A DNA stretch of 64,000 bases from Ophelia neglecta (Eukaryota): NCBI GenBank assembly GCA_965285935.1, contig OZ260661.1, positions 60,512,001-60,576,000 of the forward strand, given 5' to 3'. Positions 1 to 13,330 of this stretch are shown piece after piece; position 1 is the first letter of the stretch, and each line of letters opens with the position of its first letter. Below the pieces are notes generated by a model. The model was not told where the DNA came from and made no database searches. It saw only the letters and a program-made list of their open reading frames with translations. The translations under genes were made by a program, and so were the position numbers.

Positions 1-1848
1 AGTGTTATCTTAAAGTTGTAGGTCTAGATGTTAAAACGACTTGATATTATCATCTGATTTGTTAAATAGCGTCGTTGCCCACCGGAAATTAGTTCGGCGG
101 ATAAACAAACTTGCTTAAGGCTGCTGAGTTGTCATATCCTTGTGCCATATAATTAAGTTTCTAAAGGAATATAAAAGGAACAAGATTATCATTTTGGAAT
201 AACATTTCTCGACTCTGCATCCGATATAAACTTGGCAAAATGTCATTAAGATGATTAATCAAAAGATGTATGTAACTGAGATTTTTATGATCTGATATAA
301 AGGTTTTTTAATGTTTTATTCTTCTAACTTTTAGGTACACAACCCACACAGAAGTTCATCGACATCATATATTTTTACTATTAATAATATAGTACCATAT
401 TATATTCCATTCATAGCTCTCACTTTCTTTTGAAAAGCATGTTATAAAAATGTTATCTGCTTTACCATATCTTAATTTGTTATGCAATTAAGTTTTCTAA
501 TTGATATAAATAAATTGGACCACACGTATGAATCCCGGAGTGCTAAAAAACCAGGGGAATTCCAGACATAATTTGGGCTTCAGTCACCACACGTTTTGTA
601 TATCAGCAGTTTTCCATTATTTGGTAACTTGTATACAATTAGAGTAAAAGTGTTCCATAGTCTCTTGTTCGTCGCAAACTTTACACAATTCATTTTCATG
701 AATTTTGATTTTCTTTATAAAGTATGTATCTACTAGGTACATGTTATGATTTATTTATCACTGTAGGGTTACACTATAAGCGTTTTCCTTGGAGCATATT
801 TTTCCTATATGTAAAGTTCCATTTCATAAATTTGGTGAATGTATCAACAAAACATTGTGACTTCACTTTTTCTATACAAATTCACTATTGTGAAGAAATT
901 GAATAAAGTGCGAAGGCAAAGCCTGACCACTTTATAAATTTCTGAATGTGTCTTTCAGGTCATAAAGTCTCAATACCTTATTGTTATTGCTTTTAGAACA
1001 TATCTCATAAAGATTCAGAGGTACAATATGGCTCATTTGCATAAAAAAAATGCAAGAAGAAATAGATTAAGTTTCGCCGCCGGCGAAACCGGATGTTGTT
1101 TCGTCTTTGCTAAGTTGTTCTTTCTATAGACTATACGCCCTCAACGTCACTCATTTGACCTCCAGGAAGCTTATTTGATTAACACCTGTGTTTCTGGAAT
1201 TTTCTTATTTTAATGAGGCTCTTAAGCATTATTGATTTGAGATGAAAAGTTTATTAAACCGGACGGGGATGGGGCGGGTGGGGTGGGGGGCAGAAATAGT
1301 TGAATTTATACCGTACTTTGTCGGAAAACCTTAAGTTCGGTTAACACTAATCACCTACAGATATGTTGTGATTATAAGTAATACAGGTTAGACTTTGTTT
1401 ATGGACTTCTACTCAAAAAGGAACCCAAAGAACCCAGAGTATACACTCATTAGTGAGAACAGTTTTATATTCAGAGCTGACCATGATAGTTCTTTCATAG
1501 TGAGTGTCAATCATAAAAACTATTTTACCACCTGCTGAATAGTTTTCCTCATTGCCTTTGCTGACCTTAAAACCCATCTGTGCAGAAAAAGCTCAAGTTT
1601 TATATTTGAACAAGGCCTTTCCCTGATTGGTTTAGTTCACATTATAAGGAGAACATTATTGGAAAGGCGAACCAAATGACCAAAGGAGGTCGGGACTCGT
1701 TAAGAAAAAAGACACTTTTCTATGCTAACATTTATGTGCGATTTTTATGATGTTACAACGTGAACTATGATGCAATGTGTTCGTGACGTAGTGATGCCCC
1801 TTAAAATATCTATACTACACATGTACACGTGAAGCTTATTTGATATGA

Positions 1849-1892
1849 AATATATATTTAATATATATATATATAATATATATATATTTATA
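1849..1892. repeat. (TA)n-rich tract
   Basis: Direct reading; similar tracts at 11272-11289 and about 57540-57563. Confidence 0.85.
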
Positions 1893-3014
1893 CATGACAG
1901 TGAAACTATTTGAATTTAATGATATTATATCATAGAGAAGTTCAGATCTTATTTAGGCTCTCTCTGTCCCCACAGCTAGATATGTTAAAAACAGCATTGT
2001 GGACAAATGCCTCAATTACCATATTATATGAACACGGACAATTTTAAACATTGATCTCGAACTACTTATTATCTATTAACAATCAGTGCCACATGGTTAA
2101 ATTACTTGTATGTTGAAAAAAAAGGTAGATCACCGATTAGTTAAACAGTTGATGAACCAATGTATCGTAAGTAAAGTTCCAAATATATTAATAATTAATC
2201 AACATACTAACGTTGGATCAAACTTATTGCTCTTTGCAATAATGAATCAATACAGAATCGACATTGCGATGATGTGATCAATAGAGAACCTTTTGTGGTA
2301 TACCAGTCGACCAAAAGAAGATCAATAGTGTATAATCAATATGATCAATAAAAAATCAATGGAAATCATTTTAAAAATCATTAAGAAAAAATGAAAGCAA
2401 TAGACCATATAAAATCAATAACTAAACTGAGATACCTATTGGTGATGTGGATTTTTGTCAAAGTCATTTGGTTTTATTAATCTTAGTGGTTAAAACTGCT
2501 TATAGGTTTTTTTAAATCTGCAAATAAAACATTTTTTTGCAGGACTACTGGTCATTCCTTCTTTTTATATCCTAGCTTATCTGAATTAAAAATAGCATAA
2601 ACTGCCACCTTATCTGTATTAGAGAGAGTGGTTATCATCTTTGTCGGGCGCCTGGCATGGTTAACGAGAAATCGTTTACACGGATAATCTCTGGACTTTC
2701 AAACTGTAGTTGTTTAAACCTACGCGTTTTGACAAACTATACAAACGGCTGTTAAAACCAACCACTTGGAACCCCGAAAAGTGTGTGTCTTAAAACAGTT
2801 CAAAGTACATATACAAATAACCTGTCCTATACAAAGTAGCAAAGTAGCAATCTATCTGACGTGTACATCGTCCGAGGAGTGCGTAACAAACGTTTACGTG
2901 TATATTGAGAACAAAACGTTGAAAATGTATTAAAACCAATAAACAAGATGTTTACGTAAGAAAGTCGTAAATCCTATGATGGTGTACATATTGTTACTGT
3001 TTTGAATACCACTT

Positions 3015-3073
3015 GGTCGGGGTGGGGGGGGGGGGGGTGTTGGTGGTGGTGGTGGCGGTGGTGGGGTTCGGGA
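3015..3073. repeat. Poly-G/(GGT)n tract (G-quadruplex-prone)
   Basis: Long G run followed by GGT repeats. Explains the poly-Pro spurious ORF 2930-3154. Confidence 0.85.
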
Positions 3074-3884
3074 TGGCACTGTTCTGACCTTCTTGTTCCA
3101 CTTAATGAAAAGATGACAGTTATAGGGGTCCACAACAACTAAAGTGTAAAACATGGCCCAAAAGTTTAAGAAAAGTAAAATATCTAATTATTTTTTCTAT
3201 TATTCTGCTAATAACAAGATTTGTCATAAAAAAAGTTTGTATTTTTGCCAGCCAGCTGGCAGATCTAAGAACACCCAACAGCATAATGTGCTGCTCCCAA
3301 GCAGCATATATACAGCACATTATAAAATTACATTGGGTCAGTACAACGGTGTGCTCCACATACAAATGTATATGCCCATACAGGGATCTCTAAGAGACCT
3401 GATAGCAGTCAGCCAAGATTTTTATATACTTATCTGCTCTTATGAGGTTGTTTTGCCAGCTGGTTGAGTGAGGCATCAAGACATATATTAAAAGAACAGA
3501 TCGTTGGGGACCCCTGCATTTAGCAATGTTGTTTCCGTCTTTCGGCGACAGGGACCCGTCTTGGCCTCTGTTCTGTTTTTTTGTCCTTAGTAGTTATTCG
3601 CGACTCAGCGTCTCCGTTGAGACACGCGAACCTAATTCACTTATGGGGCCTATTTTACTGGATAACCATTATTACACTGTTAAGTTTAATTATTAACAAC
3701 TGTTGCACAGATGTGTTAGTTTTTTTCGTGGAAACCGCCATATTTGATTTCGGTTTAAACTTAAAATATATATTGTACTTTATTTCATAGCATTGCAGCT
3801 AAACCTACAGTACACGCATGCGCGGATAGCTGGGTGCTGACATTAGCCTGATTTTACATTATAATAATAACTTTGGCAGACGAT

Positions 3885-4090
3885 CATGCCTGCTGACGTT
3901 TATCCATGCCTGCTGCTTCCCTGGTTATCCATGCCTGCTTCCTCCCTAGTGTATCCGTGCCTGCTGCTTCCCTGACTATCCATGCCTTCTTCCTCTGGTT
4001 TATCCATGCCTGCTGCTTCCCTGGTTATCCATGCCTTCTTCCTCTGGTTTATCCATGCCTGCTGCTTCCCTGATTATCCTTGCTAGCTTC
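3885..4090. repeat. Minisatellite, 24-26 bp unit (TATCCATGCCTGCTGCTTCCCTGGT), about 8 copies
   Basis: Units start at 3901, 3926, 3952, 3977, 4001, 4026, 4050 and 4075 (partial), with a partial unit upstream. Confidence 0.95.
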
Positions 4091-4255
4091 ATTTGTGGAC
4101 TACATAAACTGCTTAGAACAGAATGCCTGTGTCGTAGTGCAGTAGGCCTCTTTTCTCACGTGACTCAGATTGGCATATTTAAAACTGCGTCAGTTTTGAC
4201 CAGCTATAAAATGCCACAGAAAAATGACGCAGAAAAAGTACACACATATTGAGGC

Positions 4256-4301
4256 TGTGTGTGTGTGTGTGTGCTGGGGGGGGGGGGGGGGCTGAGGGGG
4301 G
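4256..4301. repeat. (TG)n plus poly-G tract
   Basis: Direct reading. Confidence 0.85.
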
Positions 4302-6306
4302 CCATAGTTTCTTAACTCTAAATAGAATGATCATACATGTTTAACCTAGTTCAAAATGGCTTTACCTGACAGTGGTAGCCCCAAAAGAACTAGCCCCTAT
4401 TCTATGCGGATTTTGATATTTAACACTGGTCGTTAAGCCGCACTATAGTGTATGTAAAAAGGAGGGCTGGCGTTGCTTCTATAAAAGGTGCAATTCTAAT
4501 GAAAACGCATATTTTCAATATTCCATTGGAGAGATCAAATGAAGAGTATCACAAGAGGTCTTGTACATAACCATGAAAAGCCTTTCGAGTCAATCCCAAA
4601 GGCATATGCAATGATTAACTGACTGTGGCCAACAGTCTCGCAGATCTGTGAGTACCCTTGGCTTAAGACTATTGACAAGTTACCAATAATGAAAGCCACA
4701 GGTTGTCTTTCGCTTATATTTGAAGAGCAAAACTAGAGGGATAAAAAAACAGAATAGGCCCAAGGAATGACCCTAGTGGCACTCTTATACATGCCATAGC
4801 AGCGTGAATTAGTCAACCGAATTCAAACAGCATGAGATTGAAAAGTGACTTGGTTCAACTTGAAAAGCAGTTGATATTACTAAGAGTAAGAGCAATATTC
4901 TTTACGTCATTGCTAACCTATATTAGAATTTCTTCTATTTGACAAAATTTAAAATCGTCATCTGTGTCCAAGGATATAGAGATATCAATACGGGCTGAAA
5001 CGCACAATGCTGTACAGGGAAGCGCATCACATCTATTCTCACTGATTCTGCTTTACGACAGGCGCCTTTCTTGTTTTTTTCCTATATTTCCGTCTCAATC
5101 AATTTCTAAGCTAATCTGCATCGCAATTTATTTTCAAAATAAACATTTCAATTAAAAACATGTAATTAGCCTATCAGATCACTGATAAATACCCACGTGA
5201 CCTAATCAGACGCTGCGACTTCTAATTCCGAAGTTAGGTTACAACGCTGTCAAGATCCATGTTAATTATGATCTTCCAGGAAGATTGAATTGCCATCATT
5301 CCGACAGTTGATAACTTTTAAAATTATTATGGCCCTTGCACCAGAGGACATTTATAACGCAGGAGTCGTCCAGATCTCTGATCCCTACAGCCTGCCTGTA
5401 GCTGTTCTAGGGCTCGATACATTCTCGAGTGTTCACGTTGTGGTGGGAGTAAGTCATTTTCGGCGGAAGGTCTCAAGGGTTCGATTCGTAAAGTTTGCCA
5501 TTAGCGGTTATGACAAGCTAATTTAGAGGTTCCGATCACCCTTGCTGCGGCACACATTGTAATCTATTGACTACAGACAAGGTCCGGGTCTCGCCCTTTC
5601 TTAAAGAAACAGAACACCATGATGGTACTCATTTTTTCTTTAAATTTTTTATATCATATTGGCGTAAAACAATCCAAAGCGCTGTCTTTCTGTATGGTAC
5701 TTTTGCATTCATTTTTGGACCTGACTACATGACTTTAGGTGGCGATATAGGACTATAATATGATAGTACATGTATACAGTATTTGCCATTCTTGTATTCT
5801 GCTGAGACAAAACCAGTGAGTACTTGTTAATTCTCTCCCCTCGGGATCACTAGGATAGAATCATATTTCAATACTCATTGAAATCTGCGATAGCCCTGGT
5901 CTATATGCAGTTGCAGTTTTGCCCTTTTGAAGGGCAATGTGTAGAGCGAACAGCGCGAAGGCGCCATGAGAAACGCGCCAGCCTGGGAATGACGCCATGT
6001 TCTGTCATGTTCTTCAGTTATTATTCCCCAGACAGGCTCGTGTTCCACCTGAACAAATAAACCCAGGTGACAGGACCTTGTAGATTCGTGTCGGGGTGTG
6101 TGCCGAGAGGTTTTCTAACTAGTAACTGTTACAATCGCCAAACCCCGTTATGGGCCCATGATAACTTCACGTCCTCGTCACGTGGTGCAACCTAAAACCT
6201 TCTCCACCATAGACTTGTAACAAATATCCATCTGCATCAAGAAGCGAACAAATGGGTGGTATCTGTGAATATACACCACCATACTTATTTTATGAATGTG
6301 GGCGTC

Positions 6307-6984
6307 TAGTCAGAAAAGTCCGAAACATAACTGGAAAAAACGTTCAAACTTTTTAAAAAGGTAAACTCAACGCCACGAGGTAAGAAAACTTTTAAAGTTG
6401 TCATGTACAGATTTTGATAACAGGAAGAAACAAACAAAAAACAACTGAAGTAATTACATGCTGTCCCAAAGAAAAAAAGGGAAAAAAATGTACTCCTATT
6501 TGGTTACATTTGTATAAAAGGCGAAATGTGATACCTGCAGCTCCTACAGAGTGATGTCTGGTATTTCTCGCCTCGTTAAATTTCGCATAGTAAGTGATCT
6601 TATATTCTGTTCACGATGTGCGCAGAATAAGCCTGCTTACTGCGTATAGTCAGAAAAGTCCGAAACATAACTGGAAAAAACGTTCAAACTTTTTAAAAAG
6701 GTAAACTCAACGCCACGAGGTAAGAAAACTTTTAAAGTTGTCATGTACAGATTTTGATAACAGGAAGAAACAAACAAAAAACAACTGAAGTAATTACATG
6801 CTGTCCCAAAGAAAAAAAGGGAAAAAAATGTACTCCTATTTGGTTACATTTGTATAAAAGGCGAAATGTGATACCTGCAGCTCCTACAGAGTGATGTCTG
6901 GTATTTCTCGCCTCGTTAAATTTCGCATAGTAAGTGATCTTATATTCTGTTCACGATGTGCGCAGAATAAGCCTGCTTACTGCG
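6307..6984. repeat. Exact tandem duplication, 340-bp period
   Basis: 6307-6644 is identical by eye to 6647-6984 (338 bp), separated by TA. Confidence 0.95.
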
Positions 6985-9900
6985 CAGAGTTAGACGATAC
7001 CTGAAGCTGTTTACCTTATTCTGTGCTCGCGAACGCCGTGCTTTCTGCGCGGAATCAAACACTGTCCGATACCACGTGACTTTACCCTTTACCCCATAGT
7101 ACGATACATAGGCTCCGGTGAATGGTAGGCCTACAATATACTGTCAGCAGTTATTTTATTACTCCTATCAACTGCAATCGAGACACATTAAGGTAAGAAA
7201 AGTAGAACCTCTGGCGTGTCTGTCACCGCCAACTCGGGGCCGAAATACACAAGAGACATAGACATTTTCCAGAAAAATTTAAAAATAAAGGCGATAGCAT
7301 CAGAATGAAGGTTGACCATAGTGGCCGGGTGCGGAGTTTTAAAAGGTCCTTTGTCATCAGTCCAAGTTGTTTATACAATAGGTAGGCCCTATAGGCCTAG
7401 GGCCTTAATGCATATATACTTAACTACAACTTAAGCAACATTCACAATTTGACTAGTATCTGACACAAATAAGCAATTGAAGGAAAATAAAATTAATTGA
7501 ATAGCAATACAACACCTGTCCATTTGCACCAGCAGAGTGCCTGTATAGTCGAAACGCCTCGACCCCTGTACATTAATTAAAACAACTTGATGGACAATGT
7601 TTGACCAGCGCTTTTATTATAGCTCTGCGGGTTGAGCAGGTTGTGATGATAATCTTGTGTAGTTATGATGTGCATAGTCATGCATGTAGCTGTAAAAATA
7701 ACAGATAACCACAGATCATCATCCCACGCGTCAAAAATTAGATTCATAATTATAACGAACGGTGGAAAGAAGTGTGCGGGTTCGGTTTACCACGATACTT
7801 GGTCAACAATATACAGGCTTGCTACGTCGGATAACAAAAATGTCTGCAGTTACCGCATCAAACTTGGTGTCAACAAGCAAAGTGCAAGAGTATTCTGCTC
7901 ACTTTGTCCGAAAATATGAAATAAACAATTCACTCCAGAAAGTATGTACAATTTTGGCATGTAGTCAATCTGAAAATGATTTGCCATTTATCATATAGTT
8001 CGTTTTGAGTAAGTTTGCCGCATATTGTGTTTAGTTTAATACCAGAGCTTGTAAATATGATCGACATAGTGCTAGGCCTACCTGTTTGAATATCTAGCTC
8101 CTCTAGTTACATTTATGCATCTATATAGGCATTCCTGATCCATTAATAAACAAGTAAAATATATGACTTAAATTTCAAATATAATGATTTTTGTTCAAAC
8201 TGTTGGGCATTGGGCCTATAGTTATTTAGCTTGGATGGAGGACAGGCAAAACTGTACTTCCATTACAGTATATATGATCCCTTGGAGTAGTTCTTATGGC
8301 GTGACTATTCAGATTAATCCGCGTGAAGACAGGTAATCAGTCCGTATTCCGGTAGTCGTCTATTGTGAGACGCTGACTGAACTCCTCCTCAGCCGATCAA
8401 AGGCTTGGCTTCCGCGATCCTCGCCGCCCATAAACCAACACACGGACAGAGATAATTCCCAATGTATAATAACCTTTCTGCGTTTTCAAATCCAATTAGT
8501 CACACGTTTGATTAATTTCATCCAACACGCAATGGTCAGCATGGCTAATGGAAGTGGGCAACAATTTTCGGCTGAAGTCGAATGGAACTGGATCACTTTG
8601 ATTGAATGTGACTCTCGGCGTATTGCCCGGCTATTGATGTGGACAGTGGGTCTAGGCCAAGATCATTTGACTTCATTTGGCAGGTGGAGACAGTCCTTGA
8701 TTCTACCTTATTAGAACAATGAAAAACAACAGCACTACTGATTCAGACAGGTCTATCAGCGTTTTTTTTAGAGTAACTCTATAATAATATGCATGCATAT
8801 CAATCCCCCCACCCCCACCCCTACCCACAAGATAATTTAACATGCTACGTTATTAACATTGTTATCCTCTCCCAGAAGATGTGAATGGATCAAATAAGCT
8901 TCACTGACTCCTTTGCCAAAGAGAGGAATCCCTAAACAAAGTGGTGCAATACGAATTTAGAAAATGAGTCAATGTTGAGTTAGGTAATCCAACTTAATCC
9001 TGGAAATAAGGCCAACAGATAATCCTAGTTAACTTGCCATCTCTTTGAATTGGTGAAAGCTTTCCACAATAGATATTGTCACATTCACTCTTTTATGTTC
9101 ATGGCTACTGAAGAGTACTCGCAAATGAGCTTAGTGTGGATTGAAATGTCCCACAGCCCGTCTCCTTTATGTGAACGACGCGTATGATTTGAATATTAGG
9201 CAGTGATGTCACAATTCGTGTGGTTTGTAGCCTGGCAGTCTCGGAGGAACATAGACTAAAGGAACAAGGGTCTCTGTGAGATAAAGTACGCGATTTGAAA
9301 AAAGCAAAGTGCAAGCAGTGTCAATATTATTAGGCAGAGGGCAAGATTACCAGCAAATATATATAGTTTTATAATATAGGCCTCTTCCTCTCGCTCTGTT
9401 CCACCAAAGTTAAAATTATACAAATTAAGACTTCATTTGTAAAGCGCAAAAGCTTAGAAACCAAATGTGGAAATTGTGTACTATATTTCTTTCATACTTC
9501 CTTATTTAAGGGCATAGATCTTTATATACCCACTATGGGAACTGTTACAATTAAACATTTCATACCAACTAGTGAAACATTAATAAAAAGATTGATGTAG
9601 AACCTGAACCACCGAGGCTTTGAATATACTCACAAGTAAAATGTTGTTTACTCCACTTAATTATAAAGCTGCTTCTGAGAATATTATGCCACATGAAAGC
9701 GCTGATACCAGGATCTCCTTAGGACATTACTGGAGACGAAGGTAGTATTGTTTTATAATAGCATCAGAATAGCATCTGGTTTTTAAGATTAACGTGCGGC
9801 TGAGACTGCATGAGTTTATCAATCATTCGGAGTCGGGGACTATTGACAGGAACGACAAAGTACTTATGTCATCATATCGATCATAAGGACATAACACACA

Positions 9901-12599
9901 CTCATCGCCATTCTTTCTGGTTATCTTCCTCTGGTTTACAGCATATCTTCTGTTATAGTTTCACTAAAAGTATATAGAATGACCATTTGACGGACAGGAC
10001 AGCAACAAACTCTTTTGTATTTGGCAATAACAATCACTCAATTTTTACGTTTAACGTCAAATGGTGGAATATTAATTGTTGTCATTTTTTATGTTTCCTC
10101 ACTAGTAGATTGTTGTAGTCGTAGTCGAGTGGGAAAGGTTCAATCAATTATGCATTCATTGCTCTTTTTTCATATGTCTGAGTCAGAAAGACGTGATGGT
10201 AGAAAGTTAGCCGATCATTATTTAATGTGATAAAAGAAGCTTTTGAGTATGTCTGATGTACATTTTCCCTTCTATATCCTTCCCACATTTGCCACCGTTG
10301 TTTCAAATGTATTTACATTTATGGCAGCTCACTTCCAAGCCAGTTGGGACTTATTTACACATGGACAAGATAATATTTTAAGATTCCTCGCCCAGGTTCT
10401 ACGGTGTCATGTCTCGGCAGGATTACAAAGGCTTGATCGGCAACATCAGGTGAAAAATGACCGCAACAATGCTCGAAGGAACAGGGTATAATGGCCGGGG
10501 TCGTCTTGGATTAGGCCTTTAAAATTAAAGCCCGATGCATCATCTTTCAGGGGAGACTCTATGACAGACCACAGACAAGAAAATTACAGATTCGCTCCCA
10601 GATCACGCCATTGCATCACTGTGCACAAAAGAAAAACGAGCGTGCCATGATTTAAAATCATCATTATTTTGTGTGATGAGGTCTATCAAATCAGCCATGA
10701 CATAGCATTTCATCAAATTTTCACGTATAAGATTCATATGATGCATTAAGCTACTGTTCGTCTTCATGGTTATCTTCTTTGGCCTTTTCTTCGCTGTCAA
10801 ACTCGATCAATTTTCAGTTGTCCGTTGTCCCAGTATTAATGAACACACGTGGATATATCATGGATGTTTACAACAACTCCTTGTGTCTAAGCAATGCGTC
10901 TACATAATGTTACATATACATGTTAACAGACAGGTTAAGTTTTTTTTATGTTGATTTTATGTTTACACTTGCCACTTGTTCCTTCCAGGAACAGTAACAT
11001 GCATAACTAATTGAGTTGATGTGTTTCACTGTGAAGAAGTAAGTGACAATAAGATGTACTTTTTTTACAATATTTTCATATTTATTGCAAGTTTAATTAC
11101 TGCCAAACATACAATTATCAATAACAATCATGTGTGGATTACAATTATAAAACTTTGATTTGCTCCTTTGGAAGCCTTTTCATTGAGAGGTTTATTCGTT
11201 ATATGGGCGATATAATATTGGCATAAATATTTATATCATGTGGTTTCATAATTTATAACACAACCTTAATCTATATATATATATATATAGGATGACCAGA
11301 AGGCAGTACAATTCATAATAATACCTGAAGAAATCATACATTTTGTTCGAATAGGAACAAAATATGATAAATTAAAAAGATGTCTTAATTAGAGACAAAT
11401 ACATGAACATCTACATTTTATAATAATTCCATGTCAACTGTGAACAAGGAGCACCACACCATGAACACCAGACCAGTGAGACAATACAAGCTTTCCATTT
11501 ACACATTTGGTTCTCTACAATCCAGTTTAACTTGACCACTAAATGTTCATGTGCACCATATAAATATTTACGAAACGTGTACAGTTTGTACACTTCGTGC
11601 ATCAGAGTTATTCATTTAAATAATTTTACAACTCTTTTGCTATCTTACATAGATATATGTTATCAGCTCACCTCTGCAGTAGGAAAAAATGCCAATCAGG
11701 ACGAGGTTCATTTTTTAAAATTGTCTTAGATTCTTCCCTTCAGTCATTGCTTAATTAAATTGGCAGCTCTTTAACTGGACACCATAACCAACACATAAAT
11801 TCTAGGCAGGTTATGTTACGATTGGCAGACTTGGCATATACTCGAATGGAAAGGAATTATTATGACAAATAATAAATAAATATTGGGAATGTAGAGTGTA
11901 AATAATTGGAATGCTCGAGATTACCCTGATCACCTAGCAATAGTTTATTTACGACAAGTCCAATGTTCAAAAAAGGATTGATTGGAAGAGCATACATGAT
12001 CCACATATCATATACACGACTTGGAAGAAAAAAGGTATGCCCATCATAGCCAGCTGACCCACACAGGGTAACTTTGTGGCAACATACGATATAGGCCTAG
12101 GCCTAACTTGTCACCGACTGTGATATAAATATGTAGGATTACATAAATACGTTTTATAATGAAGTTTCAGATCTATCATTGCAGGGGAGTGTGAACCAAA
12201 GAAGCTCGCTCAAAACTCACCAGCCAGAAACATGGCTTACATATACGGATTGTTAAACAGCAAGAAAACGGGTAAAATTGAAGTTTGGCGTAGATCAACA
12301 GTCCGTTATCTAAGTCTGCTTATCCCTTGATTAAATGGCAAGATTTTGTAAGTGAGGCGATCCGTGTCTAGTGTAAAGTGGGGCCGACGAGATTCAAAGT
12401 ATGAGCCCTCCACACTGGCTCCGGAGGCCCTCACCCATCTGGGCTGTACACACGCTTTGTGTGCGTCTTTCTCATGGAGCAGACGGACCTTGTCTTCATT
12501 CTGCATAGCGTGAAATACTAAGTGCTACAAACGCGGGAAACTGTGCTAAGTTCCCATCAGTGTTAAACTAAAATCAAGACTGGGGAAAAGCGCAATAGC

Positions 12600-13330
12600 A
12601 TTTGCCAGCTTAACACATGTCTCTCACATGGCTTGTTGGAAGATATGGAGAGACGTAGTTGACCAGGAAAAGTGGGTCTAGGTCAGGTTACGTATGGGCC
12701 ACGTGACCCTTGGTTTTCTAACACTCTGAAATATATAATCAAGTTGGAATGAATCTGTGACAATAAGTGTCATGAAGCAGTTTGCTGACTAAGAAGTTTC
12801 AAGATTCTCATATTTGACACTGAAAATAACCCAAGGGTTGCAGTTTCCCAAATCGAACGATTATGAATGCACGCCCAAAGAAGTTCCTTCACATGATTTG
12901 GGTGAATTTCATTGATCGGTAACATTTCCGCCATATTTGGAAAAGACGGAATGTTGCTCTTGGACAATAGTTGTAAAAGAATAATAATTTTAGAGAAACT
13001 GAAAAGGAAGATTGTGATAAATCCCCACAAAGGTTCCATACACCGGTTTCAAAGTGGGTGGGTCCAGAACCCACAAACCAGACGTTGAAATTGGGCATCT
13101 AAAATACGAATTCCACGAATAAGATTTCTGATGGCCGTACAAAGTATTATTTGGTTGAATCTGATAAGGAGCAGAATAATGAGTTGTAAAGCGGAATGAA
13201 TACTTTCCTGTCCACCTAACAAAAAAAAAATCTAAAACGTGACCTTGAAAATAAAGCCGAATATATCAAAAATAAAGCAGGTCTCATCTTCGATGAATTA
13301 CTTGTTTTATGAAGATAACTGTTTTAAAAA
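12600..13330. mobile_element. Possible decayed interspersed repeat (Helentron/HINE-like)
   Basis: Recurrent degenerate TTGG..TGAATCTG-like motifs (about 12741, 12895, 13148) and GTGACCTTGAAA. Resemblance only; boundaries are uncertain. Confidence 0.2.

Noticed and set aside
2930-3154. Poly-proline ORF
   Set aside because: Translation of a poly-G/(GGT)n simple repeat.
3885-4090. CRISPR-like appearance of the short repeats
   Set aside because: Head-to-tail units without unique spacers in animal DNA; it is a minisatellite.
10430-10490. Minus-strand TACCCTGT as a possible miR-10-family gene (also 12063 and about 55490)
   Set aside because: Similarity is limited to the seed and there is no complementary arm to form a hairpin. 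mir-10 and mir-993 are expected beyond Hox3, outside the window.
10381-10860. Protein-like short frames (for example a G-patch-like GYNGRGRLGLG)
   Set aside because: Interrupted by stops, with no convincing splice structure or recognisable homology; TBLASTX would be needed.
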